Positions 46,279 through 57,458 of a stretch of 64,000 nucleotides of DNA are shown in pieces. The stretch is from Candidatus Solibacter usitatus. Its GTDB lineage: Bacteria > Acidobacteriota > Terriglobia > Bryobacterales > Bryobacteraceae. The stretch covers positions 1,371 to 65,370 of the forward strand of contig JACPVQ010000044.1 of the NCBI GenBank assembly GCA_016191645.1, given 5' to 3'. Made by a program: the position numbers and the translations under genes. Below the pieces are notes generated by a model, which worked only from the letters and a program-made list of their open reading frames with translations, had not been told where the DNA came from and made no database searches. How positions within the stretch are numbered: position 1 is the stretch's first letter; every line of letters begins with the position of its first letter.

Positions 46279-49260
46279 ATGCGTGTCTACTTCCTGCTAT
46301 TTTTCGTGTGCCTCGCCGCATGCTCCCAAATGGGCTCGCAATCCGGCACGAAACCGCGTTCTCCCAAAGAATCGTTGAACAGCATCAAAATGGCCGCCGG
46401 CGACGTGCGGGTGAGTCTATTCGCCTCTGAGCCCATGGTTGTCGATCCTGTCGACATGGTGTTCGACGAGCAAGGCCGCGCCTTTGTCGCCGACATGCTC
46501 GATCTCCCCTACGATCCTCCAAAAGGCAAAGCGGCTCGCGGGCGCATCATCATGCTGGAAGACATCGACGGCGACGGCGTGGCCGACAAGAGTACCGTTT
46601 TTGCCGAGAACGTTCTGCAAGTCAGCGGGCTGATGGTGTGGAAAGGAGGACTCATTGTTCCCTCCGCACCCAACATCTATTACATGAAAGACACGGATGG
46701 CGATGGCAAGGCCGACGTGCGCGAAGTGTTGTTCACCGGTTTCTACCAGGGCAACCCGGAGGGGCAGATTACGAATCCGCGTCTTTCCCTCGACAACTGG
46801 ATCTATTTTTCCAACGCCGGAAACGCGGGCCGCATTACATCGCCCAAATGGCCGCAACACCCGGCGCTGGAAGTCCGCGGCATGGATCTTCGATTTCATC
46901 CGTTACGAAACAGCGCGGAAACCTCGTCTGGCCCAGCGCAATTCGGATCGACGTTCGACGATTGGGGCAATCATTTCATTTCACAAAACACACAGCATCT
47001 GCGCCACGTGATGGTGCCCATGCACTACCTTGCGCGTTCCCCGCTGCTAGAGGTTGCCGCCGTCAACAACGACCCGTACGGCAAACGCGAGCGTCTCATG
47101 TGGCCCCTGACGGAAGCCGAAGAGTGGCGCGTGGTGCGAACCAAGATCCGGCAGCAGCGCTACAACGATTCGAAATCCGGACGCGTCGAGCATGTCGCCG
47201 GGCACATCACGGGGGCTGCGGGAGGCACCGTCTACAATGGCGACGCGCTTCCGGAATCCTACCGCGGCAATTTGTTTACCGGCGATGTTAGCGGAAATCT
47301 TGTGCGCCAGGATATACTCACGCCTGCCGGCCTGTCCGTTTCCGCGAGGCCGGTTCGCGAGAACGTCGAATTCCTCGCCTCCACCGATTCGTGGTTCCGC
47401 CCGGCCTGCTTTGCCAACGCGCCCGACGGCAATCTTTACATGATGGACATGTACCGCCAGACCATCGAAACGCCGCTCTCCATCCCCGAAGATATTCAGA
47501 AGCGCCTCAAGCTCGATTTCTATCGCGGCGACGATATGGGCCGCATCTATCGAATCTCGGCGAAGGAACCAACCGTGAAGCGCGGGTTGAAAGTGAATCT
47601 CGGCAAGATGAGCGCTTCGGAACTGGTTCGTGAATTGGCCAATCGCAATGGCTGGCACCGCCAGACCGCGCAACGTCTGTTAGTGGAGCGCCAGGACAAG
47701 AGCGCTGAAGCGGATTTGCGGGAAATGGCGTACCGGCACGATTCGCCCCTTGCGCGCCTGCATGCCTATTGGACGCTGGAAGGCATCGGCGTTCTGCGCG
47801 AGGCCGATGTGGTCACGGCGCTCAAAGATCAACACGCGGGCATTCGCGAACACGCCGTCCGGTTCAGCGAGTCGATTCCCGCCACACCCGTTTTGGAGCG
47901 CGCGCTGCTGGAAAAACTCAACGACGCCGAACCGCGCGTTCGCTATCAGCTTGCTTACACGATGGGCAACTACAAATCGGCGCAGGCGAAATCCGCTGTC
48001 GTCGAGCTCGCCGCGAAAAACGGCGCGGATCAATGGTTCCGCGTGGCCACGCTGAGTTCCGCCGCCGATTGGCCCGCCGATTTTCTCGCCATGCTGCTGG
48101 CGCGCCCGGAAAACGGCTGGCAGACGCGCGACATGCTGCGTTCTTTGGGATCGCTGATTGGAGCGCGCCGCAAGAACGAGGAGATTGAAAAGTTCGCCGC
48201 CGCGGCTTCCCGCTTGAAACAACCGGAACTCGCTTTGGATGGTCTGGCCCGGGGGCTCGATATGAGTCAGGCAAAGGATCTTCCCTTGACGGAGGCATTG
48301 CTGTCACCCTTCCTCAACGCGAAATCAGCGGCGCAGCGCCGGGCCGCGTGGAGTATCGCCAGTCATGCCGCCGCTCCCGCCCTGTTTACGCGCGCGGCTC
48401 GCGAAGCCGCCGATGAGAAAGCCGCTTTGGAGAATCGCGTCATGTCAGTGTCGGCGTTGCGCGGAGCGAAGTGGGAGATTGCCTCTCCGGTCATTCAGAA
48501 AATTCTTTCCGGCAGTTCGCCGGCCGCTTTGCAGACAGCCGCCATCGACGCCATCGGCGCGTTCCGCCGTCCGGAGGCCACTGCTGCGATTCTCAGCGGA
48601 TGGAAATCCTATCCGCCGGACACGCGCACCAAAGCCGTCAACGCGTTGTTGTCCCAGCGCGACCGCATTCCCGTTCTGCTGACCGCGCTGGAAAACGGTA
48701 CGGCGCAGCCGGCGATGATCGAGATGAATGCGCGCAACCGTTTGCTGGAAGACAAAGACCGCGCGATCTCCGCACGTGCCAGTAAGATTTTCTCTTCGGC
48801 CTCTGCCGATCGCGACAAAGTGGTCGCGCAGTTCCGCGATGTCGTCAAACTCGCCGGCGATCCGGTTCGTGGCAAGCCGCTCTTTGAAGAACATTGCGCC
48901 AAATGCCATCTGAACCGCAGGCGCGGCGGACGCGTCGGCCCCGATCTTTCCGGAGTCAACAACAAATCGAAGGAAGAGTTGCTGGAGGCGATTCTCAATC
49001 CCAGCCGTTCCATCGAGCCGCGTTTCGTTAACTACATCATCACGGCCAAGGACGGGCAGATGTTTGATGGCGTCCTGGCGGCGGAAACGCCTGGCGCAGT
49101 CACATTGCGCGGCGGCGCGGAAGAAGACGTGACCATTCTGCGCTCGAACATTCAGGAAATCCGCTCGTCCGCTATTTCGCTGATGCCCGAAGAGTTCGAA
49201 AAGAATCTCAGCAAGCAGGGACTGGCGGACGTGATCGCCTACCTGCGCGCCGGACTGTAA
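46279..49260 (+). CDS. PVC-type heme-binding CxxCH protein (dehydrogenase-like N-domain, HEAT repeats, C-terminal cytochrome c)
   Basis: 993 aa with a lipoprotein-like signal (FFVCLAACS). The N-terminal region is typical of the putative membrane-bound dehydrogenase domain family. The centre is HEAT-like helical repeats. The C-terminus carries EHCAKCH and MP. Confidence 0.8.
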   Translation: MRVYFLLFFVCLAACSQMGSQSGTKPRSPKESLNSIKMAAGDVRVSLFASEPMVVDPVDMVFDEQGRAFVADMLDLPYDPPKGKAARGRIIMLEDIDGDGVADKSTVFAENVLQVSGLMVWKGGLIVPSAPNIYYMKDTDGDGKADVREVLFTGFYQGNPEGQITNPRLSLDNWIYFSNAGNAGRITSPKWPQHPALEVRGMDLRFHPLRNSAETSSGPAQFGSTFDDWGNHFISQNTQHLRHVMVPMHYLARSPLLEVAAVNNDPYGKRERLMWPLTEAEEWRVVRTKIRQQRYNDSKSGRVEHVAGHITGAAGGTVYNGDALPESYRGNLFTGDVSGNLVRQDILTPAGLSVSARPVRENVEFLASTDSWFRPACFANAPDGNLYMMDMYRQTIETPLSIPEDIQKRLKLDFYRGDDMGRIYRISAKEPTVKRGLKVNLGKMSASELVRELANRNGWHRQTAQRLLVERQDKSAEADLREMAYRHDSPLARLHAYWTLEGIGVLREADVVTALKDQHAGIREHAVRFSESIPATPVLERALLEKLNDAEPRVRYQLAYTMGNYKSAQAKSAVVELAAKNGADQWFRVATLSSAADWPADFLAMLLARPENGWQTRDMLRSLGSLIGARRKNEEIEKFAAAASRLKQPELALDGLARGLDMSQAKDLPLTEALLSPFLNAKSAAQRRAAWSIASHAAAPALFTRAAREAADEKAALENRVMSVSALRGAKWEIASPVIQKILSGSSPAALQTAAIDAIGAFRRPEATAAILSGWKSYPPDTRTKAVNALLSQRDRIPVLLTALENGTAQPAMIEMNARNRLLEDKDRAISARASKIFSSASADRDKVVAQFRDVVKLAGDPVRGKPLFEEHCAKCHLNRRRGGRVGPDLSGVNNKSKEELLEAILNPSRSIEPRFVNYIITAKDGQMFDGVLAAETPGAVTLRGGAEEDVTILRSNIQEIRSSAISLMPEEFEKNLSKQGLADVIAYLRAGL

Positions 49261-49261
49261 T

Positions 49262-50353
49262 TCACCTGCTGATTTTGCCCAGAACAACCGGATGCCGCGC
49301 GCCCGTTGCGCCCGGCATGTTGGACGGGCGTCCATGGAAACTTTCGTAAGCGAGTACGGCGAATGCGATCGCTTCTTTGGCGTCCGCATCCACTCCGAAA
49401 TCCGTGCTCTTGCAAATCACCGCGCCCGGCAGCGCGTCTCCAATTCTGCGTAGCAGCGTAACATTCCGCGCCCCGCCGCCGGATACAATCACGTCGTCCA
49501 CAGGATGGCCGCAGTCGCGAATACTCACTGCGACACTTTGAGCCGTTAGCTCCGTTGCGGTCGCCAGCATCGCCTCGGAGGAAAGGCCGCTTTTCAGGAT
49601 GGCCTCCGTAAATTCCTTGCCGAACTGTTCGCGTCCGGCTGTCTTCGGCGGCCTCTTGCGAAAGTACGGGTTCGCCAGAAGCTTCTTCAGCAAAGGTTCG
49701 TTGACCTTGCCCTTTGCAGCCATTGCGCCGTTCTTGTCGAACCCTTGCCGGTTTCCGGTCACTTCCTTCATCAGCGCGTCCATCACCATGTTGCCCGGTC
49801 CGGTGTCGAACGCCGTTACCTCGCCCGGCTTCGCGCCGGCGGAGATCAAGGTGATGTTCGCGATGCCGCCGATGTTCAGCGCAACGCGGCTGCGTCGTTT
49901 GTCGCGAAACAGCAAATAGTCCACGAACGGAACCAGCGGTGCACCTTGACCACCCGCGGCCATATCGCGCGGACGGAAATCGGATACCACTGGAACGCCC
50001 AGCCGTTCGGCGAGCACGCTGCCATCGCCAATCTGAAGCGTGCACTTCAGCTTCCATCCGTCGTGGAAAATCGTCTGGCCGTGGCAGCCCACCAGATCCA
50101 GTTTGTCCTTCCAAATGCGCCGCACCGCCTTCGCGTACAACTCAGGCAAAACAAAATTCAGGTGCGCAATCTCAGCGGTGTGCGTGGTCGTGTTGGACAC
50201 GCTGAGCAACCTCTCTCGAATACGAGCCGGATAGGATTCCGATCTGTGCGCCAGCGTGCGCACTTTGAGATTCCATCCCCTGCCGGTGATTTCGGTGATG
50301 GCAACGTCGATGCCGTCCAGCGACGTGCCGCTCATGATGCCCGCAACAATCAT
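49262..50353 (-). CDS. anmK: Anhydro-N-acetylmuramic acid kinase
   Basis: GIMSGTSLDGIDVAI, GCHGQTIFH and a C-terminal ASKHA fold. The ATG overlaps the mutS TGA (ATGA). Confidence 0.9.
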   Translation of the reverse strand: MIVAGIMSGTSLDGIDVAITEITGRGWNLKVRTLAHRSESYPARIRERLLSVSNTTTHTAEIAHLNFVLPELYAKAVRRIWKDKLDLVGCHGQTIFHDGWKLKCTLQIGDGSVLAERLGVPVVSDFRPRDMAAGGQGAPLVPFVDYLLFRDKRRSRVALNIGGIANITLISAGAKPGEVTAFDTGPGNMVMDALMKEVTGNRQGFDKNGAMAAKGKVNEPLLKKLLANPYFRKRPPKTAGREQFGKEFTEAILKSGLSSEAMLATATELTAQSVAVSIRDCGHPVDDVIVSGGGARNVTLLRRIGDALPGAVICKSTDFGVDADAKEAIAFAVLAYESFHGRPSNMPGATGARHPVVLGKISR

Positions 50354-52946
50354 GACCGCTTCAACTCCTCCTGCAATTCAGACAACAACCGCAGCGCCTC
50401 GATCGGCTTCAATTCGTCAAGGTTCACCATGCGAATACGCTCGGCGATGTGATAATTCACTGGCTCGAACATTTGTATTTGCAGCGGACCCTCTTTCTGT
50501 TTTGGGATCAGTTCGCCGCTCATCGCATGTTCGGTCTTCTCATGAAGGTGTAGAATCTCCCGCGCCCTCTCGATCACGGCTCCCGGCAAGGCTGCCAGGC
50601 GGGCCACTTCGATGCCATAGCTCTTGTCCGCGCTTCCCGGTTGAACTTTGCGCAAAAAAATAATCTGATCGCCCGCTTCCTTCACCGCAACTTGCAAATT
50701 CGTCACGCCTTCCAGTTGATCCGCGAGTTCCGTCAACTCGTGATAGTGCGTGGCGAACAACGTCTTCGCGCGGATTCTTTCATGAATATGTTCGATGACG
50801 GCCCACGCCAGCGCCATGCCGTCATAGGTCGCCGTGCCGCGGCCCACTTCATCCAGAACGATGAAGCTATTCGCGGTGGCGGTGTTGAGGATGGCCGCGG
50901 TCTCCGTCATCTCCACCATGAACGTCGACCGGCCGCGCGCCAGATTGTCGCTTGCGCCTACTCGCGTGAATACGCGGTCCGTCAACGGCAGCAGGGCGGA
51001 TTCCGCCGGCACAAACGAACCCGTCTGCGCCATCACAATCAACAGCGCGGCCTGCCGCAAATAGGTGGATTTGCCGCCCATGTTCGGGCCGGTGATAATT
51101 GCGGCAAACTTACCGGCGGGATCGAGATAGATGTCATTGGGAATGAATCGCACGGCGTCGCGTTCGGCCAGACGTTCAATGACGGGATGCCGCCCCGCCA
51201 GCACGTTGATGATTCCATGCGGCGAAAACTTCGGGCGCGTGTAGCGATTCTCGGCGGCGATTTGCGCCAGCGTTGCGGTCACGTCGATCTCGGCAATTGC
51301 CGATGCCGCGGCACGCAGACGCGCCGCTTCTCCCGATACCTTCGTGCGCAATTCGGCAAACAACTCGCGCTCGATGGTGAGCATGCGCTCTTGCGCCTCC
51401 AGAATCTTCGTCTCCAGCTCTTTCAATTCCGTAGTCGTGAAACGTTCCGCGTTGACCAGCGTTTGCTTGCGGTCGTAATCCGCAGGCGCAAGGTGAAGGT
51501 TCGATTTGGAGATCTCGATGTAGTAGCCGAAAACGTTGTTGAACCGCACCTTCAGCGATGCGATGCCCGTGCGGCCGCGCTCACGCTGTTCCACCATCGC
51601 CAGATACTGCTTGCTGTTGCGCGAAATATCGCGCAGCTCATCCAGACCCTGATGAAAACCATCGCGGATGACTCCGCCATCGGCGATGTTGACGGGCGGC
51701 TCGCCGGCGATCGCCGTAAGAATCGCATCGCGCACTTCGGCCACCTCATCCATATCGGCGGCGATCTTCCCGGCGCGCCCACCGGTGCCCGCAAGCGCCG
51801 CTTTCAGCTCCGGAATCTTCGCCAGCGAGACACCCAGCGCGCGCAAATCGCGCGGATTCGCCGTTCCCAGAGTGGCCTTCGCCAGCAAACGCTCGATATC
51901 GAGAATTCCCGACAGCACCTTGCGCGTCTCTCCGCGCGCTATGCTCGCCGCAAGCAACCCTTCGACGCCTTCCAGCCGCCCCTCGATCTCCACTAAATCC
52001 AAAGCCGGCCGTAACAGACGCCGCCGCAACAACCGCGCGCCCATCCCTGTCGAGGTGTCGTCCAGCACGTGAATGAGCGTGCCTTCCTTCCCTCCGCCGG
52101 CGAACAGCGGCTCCATCAATTCCAGATTCCGCACCGTGGCCGCATCCAGAATCAACGCATCGGCGCGGTCGTACCAGGACGGCCGGTCGAGATGAGCGAG
52201 CGTCGATTTCTGCGTCTCGCGCGCGTAGTGGAGAATTGCGCCCGTCGCACCGATGGCCAGCGGCCGGCCGCCCAAACCGCAGCCTTCCAGGCTGAGCAGG
52301 TGAAAATGTTCCTGCAGCGAACGCTCGGCGTAATCGCGCGCGAACACCCACCCATCCACCGCCGTATGACACGCCCCGTTCGTATTCGCCGGAGCGGCGT
52401 CCGCATCGGGGTAAAGCACTTCGCGCGGGTTCAACGCCTCCAAGGCGCCCGCGGCGTCGGACACTCTCATTTCCGTGGCGCGGAATTCGCCTGTGGAAAC
52501 ATCGACGTAAGCGAGTCCGGCCATCTCTTTTTGCACCACGAGCGCGGCCAGATAATTGTTCTCCTTCGCGCGCAGAACTCCCGATTCCGTGGTCGTGCCC
52601 GGTGTAACGACGCGCGCGATCTCCCGCTTCACCAGCTTCTTCGCAAAGCGCGGGTCCTCCATCTGTTCGCAGATGGCCACGCGATAACCTTTCTGAATGA
52701 GCTTCGCTAAATACCCTTCCACGGCGTGATGCGGCACGCCACACATGGGGATCGCCTGCCCCTTCTCTTTGTTGCGGCTGGTGAGCGTAATCTCCAATTC
52801 GCGCGCCGCCACCACCGCATCGTCGTAGAAGAGTTCGTAGAAATCGCCCAGACGAAACAGCAGCAGTGCATGCGGCGCCTGTTGTTTCAGTGCATGATAT
52901 TGCCGCATCAGCGGCGTGGACGGCTGCGAGCTTTGATCCTCACCCA

Positions 52947-52947
<1 letters not shown>
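50350..52947 (-). CDS. mutS: DNA mismatch repair protein MutS
   Basis: TPLMRQYHALKQQ...LFRLGDFYELF mismatch-binding domain. Walker A GPNMGGKST. DEVGRGT and TH motifs. I placed the start at GTG 52947, overlapping the gdh TAG (TAGTG). The ORF-track extension to 53142 lies inside gdh. Confidence 0.95.
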
Positions 52948-54242
<1,295 letters not shown>

Positions 54243-54288
54243 TATGCCGCGAGACCCGTGCTCTCGTTTTGCGCGACAATCCCTTTGA

Positions 54289-55125
54289 ATGGCCCCGCGC
54301 CTGGTTTGCGGATTCTTTGCGCTGATGGCATTATCGGCGTTCCAACTTCCGTTCCGCGTCTACCAGAGCATGGAGCCGTACGATGTGGTTCCCATTCCCG
54401 CGGATTGGAAAGACAAAGGTGAATTCGTTTTTGGCCGTCTCATGTATCCCAATCATCCGAACGCAATGTTCGGCTGGTATGGCCGCGGACGCGGCGGCAG
54501 GCAAGTGGATTGGCGCGAAGGCGGCACAAGCTGGTCTCAGGATTATCCGCGCGCGGACCGGTTCTTCTCGCAGGCATTGCGGCGGCTGACCCGGCTGCAT
54601 ACGCGCTCCGTCGAACAACCGGTCAATCTGGAGGATGACGACGACGTGTTCAACTGGCCGTGGCTTTGCGCCGGAGAAATGGGCGATTGGAAGCTCACTG
54701 TTCCGCAAGCGAAGAAGCTCCGCGATTTCCTGCTCCGCGGCGGCTTCATCATGCTCGACGATTTCTGGGGCACGCAGGAATGGGGACGCTTCGAGGAGAG
54801 CATGAAGTTGGTCTTCCCAGACCGGCCGATTGAAGAAATCGCCGACGAAGATTCCATTTTTCACGCCGTCTACGATCTAGACGACCGTTATCAGATCCCC
54901 GGCCAGTGGGCTCTCCGCCGCGGCGCGACGTATCGCAGCGACGGCGCAACGGCGTACTGGCGCGGCGTACGCGACGACAAAGGCCGTCTCATGGTTGCCA
55001 TGGCGTTCAACTCCGATATCGGAGACTCCTGGGAATGGGCCGACGATCCCTACTATCCCGAAAAATACTCCGCTTTGGGAATCCGCATCGGGGTCAATTT
55101 CGTGATCTACTCGCTTACCCATTAA
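54289..55125 (+). CDS. DUF4159 domain protein
   Basis: [10 protein letters not shown]...DYPRADRFF...[17 protein letters not shown]...[18 protein letters not shown] matches the DUF4159 pattern. Confidence 0.8.
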   Translation: MAPRLVCGFFALMALSAFQLPFRVYQSMEPYDVVPIPADWKDKGEFVFGRLMYPNHPNAMFGWYGRGRGGRQVDWREGGTSWSQDYPRADRFFSQALRRLTRLHTRSVEQPVNLEDDDDVFNWPWLCAGEMGDWKLTVPQAKKLRDFLLRGGFIMLDDFWGTQEWGRFEESMKLVFPDRPIEEIADEDSIFHAVYDLDDRYQIPGQWALRRGATYRSDGATAYWRGVRDDKGRLMVAMAFNSDIGDSWEWADDPYYPEKYSALGIRIGVNFVIYSLTH

Positions 55126-55166
55126 GACTCAGGTCTCTACTCTTTGGAACGATTCCGAGCAACGAA

Positions 55167-56411
55167 TCAGCGCTGCACTGCGCCCGCGCGGCCCATGATG
55201 GGCCACACATCCACAACGCGCTCGCCATCGGTGACGTAGTAACGGTCGTAGACGTTGGTGCTGGTATCGAGGTTGGAACAATACAGTTCGACGCGCTGGC
55301 CCAATTTGAGTTCCTCGCCGTCCTTCCACTTCAGAATGCCGTACTCCGCGCCCTGGTTTTCCACGACGACATCGGGACGGCCTTTCACTTGGTCGGTCGG
55401 TTTCAACATGGCCTTGTTGCCGCAATCGATGGTCACCTGGTTGGCGTGATTCTTGCTGATGACCGTGGTCATCACGGACAACGACGGCAGGAAATCCCCA
55501 TATTTCAAGGCATCCTTCTTGCCGCCGATGTTCATATACAACGTGTCCATGAAGATGTAGGACCCGGCTTGCAACTCCGTCAGTCCGATTTCTTTGTCGA
55601 TGTTGTAGGTGCCCGTGCTGCCGCCGGTGACCACTTCGACATTCAATCCGGCTGTGCGGCAAAGGTTGGCCGTTTCCACGACGGGTCCCACGTCCAGGCG
55701 CGATTTCTCGCGGCGCTTTTCGAAACCTTTGGTGTGGGAAGCGCTGCCGGAATATCCCATCACGCCGCCGAAGCGCAGGTTTTTCTTGCTGTCGATCAAT
55801 TTGGCCAGACGCAGCCCGGGTTCTCCGGTAGCATGGCCGGCGCGCGTGAGCCCGGAGTAGAGATCGATCAGCACGATCGGCTTAATCTTCGCGACCGACG
55901 CGGCTTCGTCCAGCAACTCCACGGTCATTGGGTCGTCGGCAACCATGCGGAACGTCGTGTCTTTCGCCGCCAACGTAATCCCGCGCCAGATCTTGTTCTT
56001 GCCCGCCGGCTGGCACGTGTACAAGACATTCTTTATGCCCGCGCCCACCATCAATTCGGATTCGGCGATGGTGGCGCAACAAATGCCCACGGCGCCAAGA
56101 CCGATCTGCCGTTTCGCGACGTCCACCGATTTGTGAATTTTGCAATGCGCGCGGATGGTCATCCCCGTGGTTTTGCAATGGTCCGACATGCGCTTGAGAT
56201 TCGTATCGAACATTGCCTTGTCCAGGACCATGGAGGGCGTGGGCAGATCCTCTTTGAAGATGCCGGTAAAATCCCGTTTGGCAATTTTGGCTTCGATCTC
56301 GGCGTAGCGGAAAGGGCGCTTGGCGAGCCCTGTGGTGTTGTTCGCTGCCAGGGCGAGCGGGGCGGAAAGAGTCGATGCAAAAAAGTTACGGCGGGTCATG
56401 CGAGCTATCAT
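55167..56411 (-). CDS. Tat-signal DSD1-family PLP enzyme (D-serine dehydratase / D-threonine aldolase-like, alanine racemase N-fold)
   Basis: Twin-arginine signal MTRRNFFASTLSAPLALAA. PLP-lysine motif IRAHCKIHKS. The C-terminal beta domain is typical of D-serine dehydratase-like proteins. Confidence 0.8.
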   Translation of the reverse strand: MIARMTRRNFFASTLSAPLALAANNTTGLAKRPFRYAEIEAKIAKRDFTGIFKEDLPTPSMVLDKAMFDTNLKRMSDHCKTTGMTIRAHCKIHKSVDVAKRQIGLGAVGICCATIAESELMVGAGIKNVLYTCQPAGKNKIWRGITLAAKDTTFRMVADDPMTVELLDEAASVAKIKPIVLIDLYSGLTRAGHATGEPGLRLAKLIDSKKNLRFGGVMGYSGSASHTKGFEKRREKSRLDVGPVVETANLCRTAGLNVEVVTGGSTGTYNIDKEIGLTELQAGSYIFMDTLYMNIGGKKDALKYGDFLPSLSVMTTVISKNHANQVTIDCGNKAMLKPTDQVKGRPDVVVENQGAEYGILKWKDGEELKLGQRVELYCSNLDTSTNVYDRYYVTDGERVVDVWPIMGRAGAVQR

Positions 56412-56446
56412 AACACCCGCGCGTCCCGCCGCAACCGTCGATTAAT

Positions 56447-57202
56447 TTATAAACGATCCTGAGCTACGTGGAGGCCCTTGTGAATGGCGTAGAGGGCCAG
56501 TTCCAGGCGGTCCGAAACGCCGAGTTTGTCGAAGATGTTGTGCAGGTGGTTCTTCACCGTTTGCTCGCTGATGAACATCTTCTCGGCCATTTCCTTGTTC
56601 TTGTAGCCTTGCGCGACCAGTTGCACAATCTCGCGCTCGCGTGTGCTGAGCGGAGAACGCTCCCGCGCCTTGCCGTTCATCGCCGCCAATTGATCGGCGG
56701 GCGAAGCGAACTGGCGCATGACAGCGGCGGTGGTGTGCGAATCGAGCCAGATTTCGCCGCGGCTGACTTTGCGGATGGATTTCACGATGAGGTCCGTCGC
56801 CGTCTGCTTGAGCACGATCCCCGAGCAGCCCAGCTTCATGGCCTGCACGAATTCGTTCTTGTCTTCCGACGCCGTCAGGACGATGACTCGAACCTTTTTG
56901 CCGGTCTGTTGCAGGCTCTGCAGGACGCTGAGCCCGTCCAGGTTCGGCATGCGCAGATCGAGAAGAAGAACGTCCGGTTCAAACTCCGTCAACATCTCCA
57001 GCACTTGTCTTCCATCACTGGCTTCGCCGACAATCTTGATGTCTTCCTCAAGCGTGAGAAGCTTCTTCAGCCCGTCCCTCACAATGGGATGATCGTCTGC
57101 GATCAGCACTCTGATGTATTTGATCTCCGGCGGTGCGGGCGATTGCGCCTCCACCTCGGCCAGTTCTACTTCCGGTGTTGCTTCAAGGGTTGCGTTATTC
57201 AT
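56447..57202 (-). CDS. NarL/FixJ (LuxR-type HTH) response regulator
   Basis: The receiver has VLIADDHPIVRDGL, VLLLDLRMPNLDG and VLTAS. The C-terminal HTH is LSTREREIVQLVAQGYKNKEMAEKMFISEQTVKNHLHNIFDKLGV. The start is at ATG 57202. Confidence 0.85.
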   Translation of the reverse strand: MNNATLEATPEVELAEVEAQSPAPPEIKYIRVLIADDHPIVRDGLKKLLTLEEDIKIVGEASDGRQVLEMLTEFEPDVLLLDLRMPNLDGLSVLQSLQQTGKKVRVIVLTASEDKNEFVQAMKLGCSGIVLKQTATDLIVKSIRKVSRGEIWLDSHTTAAVMRQFASPADQLAAMNGKARERSPLSTREREIVQLVAQGYKNKEMAEKMFISEQTVKNHLHNIFDKLGVSDRLELALYAIHKGLHVAQDRL

Positions 57203-57420
57203 GGCAGTTCTCTCCGTCCACGTTCTGATCATAAGGTGAGTTTTAGTACCGGTCAAACTGTGGTAACCCCTATTCGGGCCTCAGATTTTACTCCATAGGG
57301 TTTTGCCGTACTCCTTAGAACTTCACCGAGAGCTTACCTAGACAACTTCTAAGGAAAGCGGGCTACAGTCCCACCCAATGGTCCCCCCAGTCATGGGCTA
57401 ACTCCTTGATTTAGCCTATG

Positions 57421-57450
57421 TTGACACCCGCCGGAGACTGGCGGAATACT
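57421..57450 (+). promoter_or_regulatory. Weak sigma70-like promoter candidate immediately upstream of the sulfatase ATG
   Basis: TTGACA (57421-57426), an 18-nt spacer, then AATACT (57445-57450). The predicted transcription start would fall within a few nt of ATG 57459. The spacer contains CCGCC-N7-GGCGG. Confidence 0.25.
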
Positions 57451-57458
57451 GGTTTCCG

